Positions 1 through 7,434 of a stretch of DNA of 13,371 bases are shown in pieces. Each line of letters opens with the position of its first letter. Position 1 is the first letter of the stretch. The notes beneath the pieces were generated by a model, which ran no database searches, was not told the DNA's origin, and saw only the letters and a list, made by a program, of their open reading frames with translations. A program made the translations under genes and the position numbers. Where the stretch lies: assembly GCA_037443365.1 (NCBI GenBank), contig JBBIOM010000044.1, positions 1 through 13,371 on the forward strand, in the 5' to 3' direction. This DNA is from Armatimonadota bacterium. Its GTDB lineage: Bacteria; Sysuimicrobiota; Sysuimicrobiia; Sysuimicrobiales; Humicultoraceae.

Positions 1-33
1 GGGGGCGCCTACGAGGCGGAGATTGTTCGGGGC

Positions 34-666
34 CTATCCTTCCTCCTGGCAGAGGCCCGTCAGATGCGCGGTGCTGTTGAGCGCTATCACGCGGGGCGCC
101 GGGGTGCCCATCTCGATGACGTTGATGCACGCGCTGCCCTGCGCGATCCGGGTGTGATGTGAGAGCGGCGCGCCCAGGCACTCCAGAAGAATCGTCTTGT
201 TGACCCCGCCGTGCGCGACCACGGCGATCGCCTGGCCTGCGTGCCGCGCGGCCAGGGCCCCGATCGCGGTCACCGCGCGCGATTGCACCCCTGCCATGGT
301 CTCGCTGCCTGGAAAGGTGGACTCAACGGGCGAGTCGCGCCTGGCCTGTATGGGCCGGCCGTCGTTGTCCCTGACCTCTGACATCAGGCGGCCCTCCCAT
401 TCTCCCTGGGACATCTCCCGCAGTCCGGGCACGGTGTGTAGGAGCAGCCCGTGCGCGGCGGCTATGGGCTCGGCCGTGGCACGGGCCCGGCCGAGCGGGC
501 TGGAGTAGACCGCAACAAGAGGAACCGCGCGCAACGCCTCGACCAACCCGCGCACCTGCTCTCGCCCGCGAGCGCTCAGGGGCGCATCCAGGGTTCCCTG
601 CAGGCGCCCTTCGGCGTTCCAGGTGGTCTCGGCGTGGCGGATCAGGTAGATGACCGTGGAATGCAT
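34..666 (-). CDS. Histidine phosphatase (phosphoglycerate mutase-like; CobC/GpmB/PspA branch), ~210 aa
   Basis: The translation has LIRHAETTWNAEGRLQG (RHG-type phospho-His motif, here RHA), SSPLGRARATA, LREMSQGEWEG and VVAHGG (second His). I moved the start from the ORF-track 744 to ATG 666, just upstream of the motif; GTG 675 is an alternative. Confidence 0.9.
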   Translation of the reverse strand: MHSTVIYLIRHAETTWNAEGRLQGTLDAPLSARGREQVRGLVEALRAVPLVAVYSSPLGRARATAEPIAAAHGLLLHTVPGLREMSQGEWEGRLMSEVRDNDGRPIQARRDSPVESTFPGSETMAGVQSRAVTAIGALAARHAGQAIAVVAHGGVNKTILLECLGAPLSHHTRIAQGSACINVIEMGTPAPRVIALNSTAHLTGLCQEEG

Positions 667-678
667 GCGACGCACATC

Positions 679-687
679 ATGATAGCA
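679..687 (-). promoter_or_regulatory. Putative extended -10 promoter element (TGcTATCAT) for the histidine phosphatase
   Basis: The minus strand reads TGCTATCAT, matching TGnTAnnnT, 12 nt upstream of ATG 666. No good -35 and no SD are present, consistent with a very short leader. Confidence 0.4.
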
Positions 688-768
688 GGTTCTTACCCCT
701 CGGCGGCGTATAGAAAGGCAACTCGCACCGCCGGCCCCGAGCACCCGGCGCCTTTGGAGGGATGTCGC

Positions 769-1719
769 CTGGCCTCATACCTGACCCGACGGCTGTTGCT
801 GGCCGTTCCTACAATGCTGGGTGTGCTGATTGCGGTCTTCCTGCTCATCCGGCTGGTCCCTGGCGATGTCGTGACACAGATGATCGGGCTCGAGGGGAGC
901 CTGCGCGAGGGGCGGGTGGAAGAGCTGCGCCAGCTGTTTGGCCTGGACAAGCCTCTCCACCACCAGTTCGCGGAGTACATCGCGAAGGTCGGACGGGGAG
1001 ACATGGGCAAGTCGCTGCGGACCGGCCGACCCGTCGGCGGCGAACTCGCGCGGCGCTTTCCGGTGACGGTGCAGCTGGCGCTGATGGGCCTGCTGGTCGC
1101 GCTGACAATCGGCATCCCGGTTGGAATAGCGGCCGCTCTGCGGCGCGGGAGGGCCGGTGACTACCTGGCCACGGGCTTTGTCATGCTGGGACTCTCGGTC
1201 CCCTCGTTCTGGCTCGGGGTCCTGCTCATCCTGCTGTTCGCCCTTCGCCTGGGCTGGCTCCCGCCCACCGGCTACATCTCACCGGCCGAGAGCCTGGTGG
1301 CGAACCTGCGCCACATGGTGCTGCCGGCGTTATCGCTGGGCATGGTGCTGGCCGCGGCCATCACCCGCATCGTGCGCAGCAGCCTGCTCGAGGTTCTGGC
1401 ACGGCAGTACATCCGGACCGCGCGCGCCAAGGGCCTGGCGGAGTCGGCGGTCATCCTGAGGCACGGCCTTCGCACCGCCCTGATCCCGGTCGTGACCGTG
1501 ATCGGCCTTCAGTTCGGCACGCTGCTGGGCGGCACGGTCATAATCGAGCAGATCTTCAGCCTGCCGGGCATCGGGCGGTTCGCGCTGGAGGGGATCAACC
1601 TGCGCGACTACCCGGTGATCCAGGGAGCCGTGCTGTCCATCTCCCTGTCCTTCGTGCTGGTCAACCTGTTCGTGGATCTCCTCTATGGCTTCCTCGACCC
1701 TCGTATCCGATACCAGTAG
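769..1719 (+). CDS. ABC transporter permease, DppB/OppB/NikB family, ~316 aa
   Basis: It has the typical N-terminus (x)ASYLTRRLLLAVPTMLG...IRLVPGD, then GLDKPLHHQF, GDMGKSLRTGRPV, the EAA-loop YIRTARAKGL and the C-terminal RDYPVIQG...LDPRIRY. The start is placed at CTG 769, 8 nt after GGAGG (756-760); TTG 754 is the alternative. Confidence 0.93.
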   Translation: MASYLTRRLLLAVPTMLGVLIAVFLLIRLVPGDVVTQMIGLEGSLREGRVEELRQLFGLDKPLHHQFAEYIAKVGRGDMGKSLRTGRPVGGELARRFPVTVQLALMGLLVALTIGIPVGIAAALRRGRAGDYLATGFVMLGLSVPSFWLGVLLILLFALRLGWLPPTGYISPAESLVANLRHMVLPALSLGMVLAAAITRIVRSSLLEVLARQYIRTARAKGLAESAVILRHGLRTALIPVVTVIGLQFGTLLGGTVIIEQIFSLPGIGRFALEGINLRDYPVIQGAVLSISLSFVLVNLFVDLLYGFLDPRIRYQ

Positions 1720-2569
1720 CTGGTCCCCGACGCCGCGGGCTAGCGCCGGGACGCGGCTGGCGCGGCATGTGGGCGCCCGCGTCGGCGGCGCGCTGCTGCT
1801 CGCGGTCCTGGTCGGGGCGGTCGGTGCCCCGGTGCTCACCCGGCACGACCCGGTGGAGATCGCTCCAGTCCGCAGGCTGCAGGGCCCCAGCGCAGCGCAC
1901 CCATTGGGCACCGACATGTACGGCCGGGACACGCTATCGCGCGTGCTGCACGGCGGGCGCGTCTCGCTCGCGGTCGGAGCGCTCGCGGTCGGGCTGGCGC
2001 TCGCGGTGGGAGGGAGCATCGGCGTGGCGTCGGGGTTCCTGGGCGGCTGGGCAGACACGCTGGTGATGCGGCTGTCGGACGTCCTGCTGGCCTTCCCGGC
2101 GATCCTGCTCGCTATCGCGCTGTTGGCGTTCCTGGGGGGCGGTTTCTGGAACGTGGTGCTGGCGATCGCCATCGTTTACACTGCGCCGTTCTCGCGCGTG
2201 GCGCGGGCCGCCGTGCTCACGGTGCGGCACGAGGAGTACGTGGACGCGGCCCGCGCCATCGGGGCGGGGAGCACCCGGATCCTGCGGCGGCACATCCTCC
2301 CAAACGCGATCGCGCCGCTGATCGTGGAGTGCACACTGCGCCTGGCGCTGGCGATACTCGCCGAGGCCGCCCTCTCGTTTCTGGGGCTGGGCACTCAGCC
2401 GCCGACGCCCACCTGGGGGCAGATGATCGCCGAGGGCCGCGCTGTGATGACCTTCAGCTCGTGGCCGGCGATAGGACCCGGGATCGCGATCAGCGTAACG
2501 GTACTGGGATTCAACCTGCTGGGAGACGGCATTCGTGACGCCCTTGATCCTCACACGCACGGTGCTTAG
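1685..2569 (+). CDS. ABC transporter permease, DppC/OppC/NikC family
   Basis: Motifs are HPLGTDMYGRDTLSRVLHGGRVSL, EEYVDAARAIGA, RHILPNA, LSFLGLGTQPPTPTWGQMI and GFNLLGDGIRDALDP. The start is uncertain: ATG 1685 overlaps the upstream gene by 35 nt, and GTG 1769 is possible. Confidence 0.93.
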   Translation: MASSTLVSDTSSWSPTPRASAGTRLARHVGARVGGALLLAVLVGAVGAPVLTRHDPVEIAPVRRLQGPSAAHPLGTDMYGRDTLSRVLHGGRVSLAVGALAVGLALAVGGSIGVASGFLGGWADTLVMRLSDVLLAFPAILLAIALLAFLGGGFWNVVLAIAIVYTAPFSRVARAAVLTVRHEEYVDAARAIGAGSTRILRRHILPNAIAPLIVECTLRLALAILAEAALSFLGLGTQPPTPTWGQMIAEGRAVMTFSSWPAIGPGIAISVTVLGFNLLGDGIRDALDPHTHGA

Positions 2570-2613
2570 CAGTAAGTAGAAGGACACACCACACAACGAA
2601 GGAGGAGACCGCA

Positions 2614-4167
2614 ATGCGCACCATGGTTATGCTTCTCTGTGCAGGCCTGTTGGTTGCGGCCGGCTTCCAGCCGTCCGTGGCCCAGACCTCGGGCCCGCGC
2701 TACGGCGGAACGCTGCGCGTCGGGATGCAGGGCGACCCGGTCGGATTGGACCCGCACCTTACCACGGCGACGTTAAGCCGCAACATGATGGAAAACGTCT
2801 ATGACACGCTGGTGTTCTACAGCGCGGACGGCCGGTTCGTCCCGGGCCTGGCCGAGTCGTGGACGGTGTCGCCGGACAACCTGGTGTGGACCTTCAAACT
2901 CCGGCGCAATGTGAAGTTCCACAACGGGAGACCGATGACGTCCGAGGACGTCGTCTACACCATCAACCGCATACGCGATCCAAGGACACGGGCGCCGCGC
3001 GCCGGGGACTTTGCGGACGTAGACACCGTGACCGCGCCGGATCCGTACACGGTGGCGTTCAAGCTCAAGAAGCCCTACAGCCCGTTGATCGCCAAGCTCT
3101 CCCACTCTGTGTGGGCCGCGATCGTGCCGCGAGAGGTGGTAGAGAGAGACGGGGACCTGCACACCAACCCGATGGGCACCGGGCCGTTTCGGTTCATCGG
3201 CTACACCCCGCAGCAGCGGCTCACCCTGGTACGCAACGGCGACTACTGGGGCTTCGACGAGACGGGACGACGGCTTCCATACGTAGACCGGATCGAGTTC
3301 GTCTTCTACCCGGATGCGATCGCACGCACCACCGCGCTGCGCACCGGTACGGTGGATTTCATCGAGTACGTTCCCTCATCGGAGGTGCGCGCGCTCCGGG
3401 CCGACCCGAACGTGGAAGTACTGGGCGGGCCCTCGGCCAACTTCCGCGCGATCTACATCAACTGCGCGGTTGCCCCGTTCAACAACGTCAAGGTGCGGCA
3501 GGCCCTGGCCTGGTCGGTCAACCGCAAGGAGATCATCGACACCGCCCTGTTCGGCGTCGGCGGCATTGAGGCGACCGGCAGCGTGATCCCTCCGGGCAAC
3601 TTCTACGCGCTGTCGAAGAACGTCTACGACAAGCCCGACATCGACCGTGCGAAGCGTTTGCTGGCCGAGGCCGGGCACCCCGGTGGGGTTGACGCCGAGT
3701 TCTACGTCACCACCACATACGACTTCCTGCGCACGCCCGCGGAGGTCATCCAGGCGCAGGCGGCCCGCTCGGGCTTCCGGCTCCGCATCGTGGCCGCGGA
3801 CTGGAGCGTCTACCTTCCCACGGTGTTCGCAAAGCGGTACGTGCTCACGCTCCTGGGCACCTCCGGGCAGGTTGACCCGGACGACTACCTCTTCAACAAC
3901 TTCCGGACCGGCGATGCGCGCAACTACGTGAACTTCTCAGACCCCGTCTTCGACAGGCTGGTCGAGGAGGGCCAGACCGTATCCGGCGAGGCGCAGCGCA
4001 AGCGCATCTACGACCAGGCGCAGATGCGGCTGCAGGAGATGGTACCGATGGTCTTCCTGTTCCACTCGACGACATACGAGGCGGTGCGGAAGTGGGTCCA
4101 GGGCTTCGAGCACTGGCCCAACCAATCGTACTACGGCCTGCGCCGCACCTGGATGGTGGCACGATAG
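2614..4167 (+). CDS. ABC transporter solute-binding protein, family 5 (DppA/OppA/NikA-like), 517 aa, Sec signal peptide
   Basis: A strong SD (AAGGAGG) precedes ATG. A hydrophobic signal peptide ends SVA|Q. Motifs include GGTLRVG...LDPH, PGLAESWTVSPD..WTFKLR..VKFHNG, GTGPF and PFNNVKVRQAL. Confidence 0.95.
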   Translation: MRTMVMLLCAGLLVAAGFQPSVAQTSGPRYGGTLRVGMQGDPVGLDPHLTTATLSRNMMENVYDTLVFYSADGRFVPGLAESWTVSPDNLVWTFKLRRNVKFHNGRPMTSEDVVYTINRIRDPRTRAPRAGDFADVDTVTAPDPYTVAFKLKKPYSPLIAKLSHSVWAAIVPREVVERDGDLHTNPMGTGPFRFIGYTPQQRLTLVRNGDYWGFDETGRRLPYVDRIEFVFYPDAIARTTALRTGTVDFIEYVPSSEVRALRADPNVEVLGGPSANFRAIYINCAVAPFNNVKVRQALAWSVNRKEIIDTALFGVGGIEATGSVIPPGNFYALSKNVYDKPDIDRAKRLLAEAGHPGGVDAEFYVTTTYDFLRTPAEVIQAQAARSGFRLRIVAADWSVYLPTVFAKRYVLTLLGTSGQVDPDDYLFNNFRTGDARNYVNFSDPVFDRLVEEGQTVSGEAQRKRIYDQAQMRLQEMVPMVFLFHSTTYEAVRKWVQGFEHWPNQSYYGLRRTWMVAR

Positions 4168-4189
4168 ACATAGAAGGAGGGAAACGGAC

Positions 4190-4807
4190 GTGAGGATCGT
4201 CGCCGTCGTGGCAGCAGTGGTGGCACTGGTGCTTGCCGGCTCGCTGGCGGCGGCCGTGGACGCGGCCGCCCCGAAGCTCGTCGTCAAGGGCGATGCCAAG
4301 GCCTGGGCGGAGATCGCCGCCGCGATGACCAAGCTACAGAAGCTCAAGTCCTACCGGGCCAAGGGAACGGTAGCGGGTCCAACAGGCGCCATGGTCACCC
4401 TGATGGAAGTGATGAACCCCGGCAGCTTCTACTCCAAGACGACGGTGGGCGGGAACACCGTCGAGGTGATACAGGTTGGGACCGCGGTCCGCATGCGGAC
4501 CGGGAGCGGTGCGTGGATCTGCGACACTCAGCAGCGAGACCAGCTCGGCGCGGATCCCGAGAAGATGTGGGGTGAGGTAACCGCGGCCCGGGGCCCGGCG
4601 GAGACCATCGCGGGCATACGGACCCAATCCTACACCTTCGTGTGGAAGAACGACATAATGACCACGAAGAACCGGCTGTTCGTGGCGACCACCGACGGCC
4701 TTCCCCGGCGCGCGCAGGTTCTGGGCGACGACGGCTCGGTGACCATGACAACCGACTACTACGATTTCGACGCGCCCATCAAGATAGCGCTGCCGCCGTG
4801 CAAGTAA
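4190..4807 (+). CDS. Exported hypothetical protein, possibly LppX/LprAFG- or LolA-like beta fold, 205 aa
   Basis: AAGGAGG precedes a GTG start. The protein has an Ala/Val-rich signal peptide, a helix followed by LKSYRAKG, alternating beta-strand patterns and a C-terminal TDYYDFDAPIKIALP resembling LppX/LprA-like proteins. The fold is inferred. Confidence 0.75.
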   Translation: MRIVAVVAAVVALVLAGSLAAAVDAAAPKLVVKGDAKAWAEIAAAMTKLQKLKSYRAKGTVAGPTGAMVTLMEVMNPGSFYSKTTVGGNTVEVIQVGTAVRMRTGSGAWICDTQQRDQLGADPEKMWGEVTAARGPAETIAGIRTQSYTFVWKNDIMTTKNRLFVATTDGLPRRAQVLGDDGSVTMTTDYYDFDAPIKIALPPCK

Positions 4808-4821
4808 GGCCTTGAAGCCAG

Positions 4822-4860
4822 CGGGGCGTTCCTGGGACTCGCCGTGCCCGGGACGCCCCG
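4822..4860. terminator. GC-rich hairpin between convergent genes, probable bidirectional terminator
   Basis: CGGGGCGTTCC-T-GGG (4822-4836) pairs with CCC-GGGACGCCCCG (4847-4860), with one G-U pair, one bulge and a 10-nt loop. It lies between the stops at 4807 and 4862. There is no U-tract on either side. Confidence 0.6.
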
Positions 4861-4861
4861 G

Positions 4862-6496
4862 CTAGCCTCCACCCGTGGTGCCCCGGGCGCCCCCGGCATC
4901 AGGGATTGCAGCGTGCTCCTCGATGATGCGCGCCACCAGGTCCATGGGCACGTCGCCCCGCACCTCTCCTTCCCCGACCCTGACGGGAAGCACGAAGCGC
5001 AGGCTCGCTCCCTGCCGCTTCTTGTCGCGCCAGAGCGCCTCGGCCAGGCGGGAGGTCGCCACGCCCGAGAAGTCGGTGGGCAGGCCGAACCGCCTAAGGA
5101 GGGCGGTCTGACGGTCCTCTAGAGATCCGGCGGCGATCCCCATCGCCACCGCGACCCGGGCGGCCAGCGTCATGCCGATGGCCACGGCCTCGCCGTGCGT
5201 GTACCGATGGAACCCGGTCGAGGACTCGATCGCGTACCCGAAGGTGTGCCCGTAGTTGAGGAGCATGCGCCGGCCCTCTCCCTGCTCGTCCTCCTCCACG
5301 AAGCGCGCCTTGATGCGCAGGCACCGCTCCACGAGTTCGGGCATGAGGCGGCTGCCCTCGTCCAGCAGGTCCGCGGCGTGTGCCTCGAGGAACGCGAACA
5401 GGTCGGCATCGGCGATCACACCGTACTTCACGGACTCCGCCAGCCCCGCGCGCAGAGACCGCAGGCCGACACCTCGTATCGCCGCCACGTCCACGAGGGC
5501 CACCCGTGGATGGTGGATGATCCCAATGAGGTTCTTGGCGCGGAAGTGGTTGAGGGCCGCCTTGCCGCCGACGCAGCTATCGATCTGCGCGAGGAGCGTG
5601 GTCGGGACGTGCACGATAGGAATGCCTCGCATGTAGGTGCCGGCGACGAAGCCCGCGGCGTCGAGCACCTCCTCTCCTCCCATCGCGACCAGGCATCCGG
5701 TTCGATCAACCTCCTCACGGACGAGCCGGCCGTAGAGCCCTCCCGCGCTCTCCCAGGTCTTGACGCCCTCCCCGGCGGAGACCTCGATGAGGACTGGGTC
5801 CAGGCCTGCTCCATTGAGCGCGTCGCAGGCCTGCTCGCCGTAGCGGCGCGCCGCAGCGGGAGAGGCCAGAATCGCGGCTCGCCCCGAGAGATCGGCCTCG
5901 CGGGCGTAGTACCCCAGGAGGCCGAGGATGCCGTCTCCTACCACCGCGCGGTACGGACGCGCCCCGCTCGGGCTCACGCCGATCGCGGCGACGGGCTCGC
6001 GTTCGGCCAGGAACGCCAGGACACGGCGCATGACGCCGTCCAGGTCTTCGTTGCCCACGTCGATCACCAGGTCGGCCGACATGTACTTGCCCGAACGCCT
6101 CCCCCAGAGCCGCTCCAGGTTCTCCAGCACCCGGCCCCTGAGCAGCGGCCACTGATCGGCGCGGCCCACTCGCCGGGCGATGACCTCCGGAGACGCAACG
6201 AGCGCCACAAGCCAACCCCAGGCCCGCAGGGCAGCCAGGTTCTGCTCCCGCTCCACGACCCCGCCCCCGGTGGCGACCACGCCGGGTGACTGCGTCACCT
6301 CGGCGATCAGCGCCTCCTCGAGGGCGCGGAAGTGGGCCTCGCCGTGCCTTTCGAATATCGAGGAGATCGCCGCGTCCTCGCGGCTCTCGATCAACTCGTC
6401 CGCGTCCACGAAGGGCAGACCCAGCACGAGCGAGAGCTCCCGGCCGACCGTGCTCTTCCCGGTGGCCGGCATCCCTATCAGGGCGATGTTCCTCAC
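4862..6496 (-). CDS. aroKB: Shikimate kinase / 3-dehydroquinate synthase (AroK-AroB) fusion-like protein, ~544 aa, with atypical active-site residues
   Basis: The N-terminal kinase domain has GMPATGKST (P-loop), FVDADE, IFERHGEAHFRALE and ATGGGVV. The C-terminal DHQS domain has GEGVKT, TYMRG, VPTTLLAQIDSCVGGK, KNLIG, AESVKYG, LLNYGHTFG, HGEAVAIG and DKK. The start is GTG 6496, 9 nt after GGAGG; ATG 6532 is an alternative. The ORF-track extension to 7063 is spurious because it overlaps the upstream gene. Confidence 0.9.
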   Translation of the reverse strand: MRNIALIGMPATGKSTVGRELSLVLGLPFVDADELIESREDAAISSIFERHGEAHFRALEEALIAEVTQSPGVVATGGGVVEREQNLAALRAWGWLVALVASPEVIARRVGRADQWPLLRGRVLENLERLWGRRSGKYMSADLVIDVGNEDLDGVMRRVLAFLAEREPVAAIGVSPSGARPYRAVVGDGILGLLGYYAREADLSGRAAILASPAAARRYGEQACDALNGAGLDPVLIEVSAGEGVKTWESAGGLYGRLVREEVDRTGCLVAMGGEEVLDAAGFVAGTYMRGIPIVHVPTTLLAQIDSCVGGKAALNHFRAKNLIGIIHHPRVALVDVAAIRGVGLRSLRAGLAESVKYGVIADADLFAFLEAHAADLLDEGSRLMPELVERCLRIKARFVEEDEQGEGRRMLLNYGHTFGYAIESSTGFHRYTHGEAVAIGMTLAARVAVAMGIAAGSLEDRQTALLRRFGLPTDFSGVATSRLAEALWRDKKRQGASLRFVLPVRVGEGEVRGDVPMDLVARIIEEHAAIPDAGGARGTTGGG

Positions 6497-6554
6497 GACG
6501 AAAGCCCTCCGGGACCGGGGCCTCTGGCGCATGGCCACCCCGTTGTTGCGAGAG

Positions 6555-6563
6555 AGTATACCA
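6555..6563 (-). promoter_or_regulatory. Extended -10 promoter element (TGgTATACT) upstream of aroKB
   Basis: The minus strand reads TGGTATACT, a near-consensus TGnTATAAT, in the intergenic gap about 58 nt upstream of the GTG start. Confidence 0.6.
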
Positions 6564-6564
6564 C

Positions 6565-6589
6565 GCGCGGCGGTCAGCCAGGGCCGCGC
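6565..6589 (-). terminator. Hairpin immediately after the citryl-CoA lyase stop, possible terminator or 3' stabiliser
   Basis: GCGCGGC (6565-6571) and GCCGCGC (6583-6589) form a perfect 7-bp stem with an 11-nt loop. There is no clear U-tract. Confidence 0.35.
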
Positions 6590-7434
6590 TATCCTTGGGG
6601 AGGCTCCGTGAGGTCTCGCTTCGGGACGCCCGTGTAGGTGTAGCCGGCCTCGGGCGGGACCGGCCCCTTGATGCGGCCTCCCTGCTGTCTCTGCTCCCAG
6701 GCATGGGCGAGGATGCCCGCGGCCCGCGAGAGAACGAAGAGGCCGCGGCCGAGTGCCGGCGGAAAGCCGAGCTCGGAGAAGACAACCGCGGTGACGCCGT
6801 CTATGTTCATTGGGATCCGAATGCCCTTGCGCCTCTCGATGGCGGCTTCGACGGCGCGGCCGATGCGCGCGAACCTGCCTGTGACCGTGCCCCGCTCCTC
6901 GGCCCTGGCGATGAGCTCCAGCAGGCGCACGGCACGGGGGTCGGTGTGGTGAAAGCGGTGTCCAAACCCGGGCACGAAGGCGCCTGAACCCAGGCGGTTC
7001 AGCTCCTCCTCGACCACCTCGTCCAGGAGGCGTCCTCCGCCGCCCGGACCCCGCTGGTCGCATCCCGCCGCGATGGCGGCGTAGAGCTCCATCGCCTGCT
7101 GCCCCGCGCCGCCGTGGATGTCGCCCAGGGAGTTGACCCCCGAGGCCACGGCGTTGTTGAGGGGGAGTCCGCAGGTGACCGACATCCGCGCGATCGCAAT
7201 GGACGGGGCCTGCGGACCGTGGTCCACCGAGGCCACGAGCGCGGCCTCCAGCAGCGCGGCCTGGTCAGGGGACGGCAGCTCTCCGCCGAGCAGCAGCCAG
7301 ATCATGGCTGGGAAGCTGATCGAGCCGATGAGCTGCTCGATCGGGTACCCCCTGATGGCTATCTGGCCCGGGGCGATGTCGATGATCGCCGTCTGCCACC
7401 ACGCACGTGATGGATCGTTGGCCTGGTCCGTCAT
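6589..7434 (-). CDS. Citryl-CoA lyase-like protein (short citrate synthase family), 281 aa
   Basis: Motifs are [43 protein letters not shown] and [13 protein letters not shown], retaining the citrate synthase His/His/Asp/Arg residues. It lacks the large N-terminal part of a true citrate synthase. It has a GGAGG SD and an ATGA overlap with the CoA-transferase. Confidence 0.88.
   Translation of the reverse strand: MTDQANDPSRAWWQTAIIDIAPGQIAIRGYPIEQLIGSISFPAMIWLLLGGELPSPDQAALLEAALVASVDHGPQAPSIAIARMSVTCGLPLNNAVASGVNSLGDIHGGAGQQAMELYAAIAAGCDQRGPGGGGRLLDEVVEEELNRLGSGAFVPGFGHRFHHTDPRAVRLLELIARAEERGTVTGRFARIGRAVEAAIERRKGIRIPMNIDGVTAVVFSELGFPPALGRGLFVLSRAAGILAHAWEQRQQGGRIKGPVPPEAGYTYTGVPKRDLTEPPQG

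Noticed and set aside
1-33. Possible tRNA 3' end or small hairpin (CGCCT-ACG-AGGCG) at the window edge
   Set aside because: It is too short and truncated, with no T-loop or CCA visible.
451-768. N-terminal extension of the 422-aa permease ORF
   Set aside because: It is largely antisense to the histidine phosphatase and has no permease character. Family similarity begins at 769.
2544-2600. Internal promoter for the solute-binding protein (TTGATC-17 nt-TAGCAG)
   Set aside because: The -10 lacks the conserved final T. The A/C-rich stretch is adequately explained as an unstructured ribosome-loading region.
6497-6545. Mutually exclusive hairpins in the aroKB leader (riboswitch-like SD occlusion)
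   Set aside because: The stems are only 4-5 bp in very GC-rich sequence and match no aptamer I recognise, so they are likely by chance.
6497-7063. N-terminal 189-aa extension of the 733-aa ORF (4862..7063)
   Set aside because: It is low-complexity Arg/Gly/Pro-rich sequence overlapping the citryl-CoA lyase gene in another frame. The kinase domain starts at GTG 6496 behind a good SD.
6589-7434. Evidence for reverse TCA carbon fixation, or a true citrate synthase
   Set aside because: There is no citryl-CoA synthetase or other rTCA gene nearby, the protein is too short for citrate synthase, and it is coupled to a CoA-transferase.
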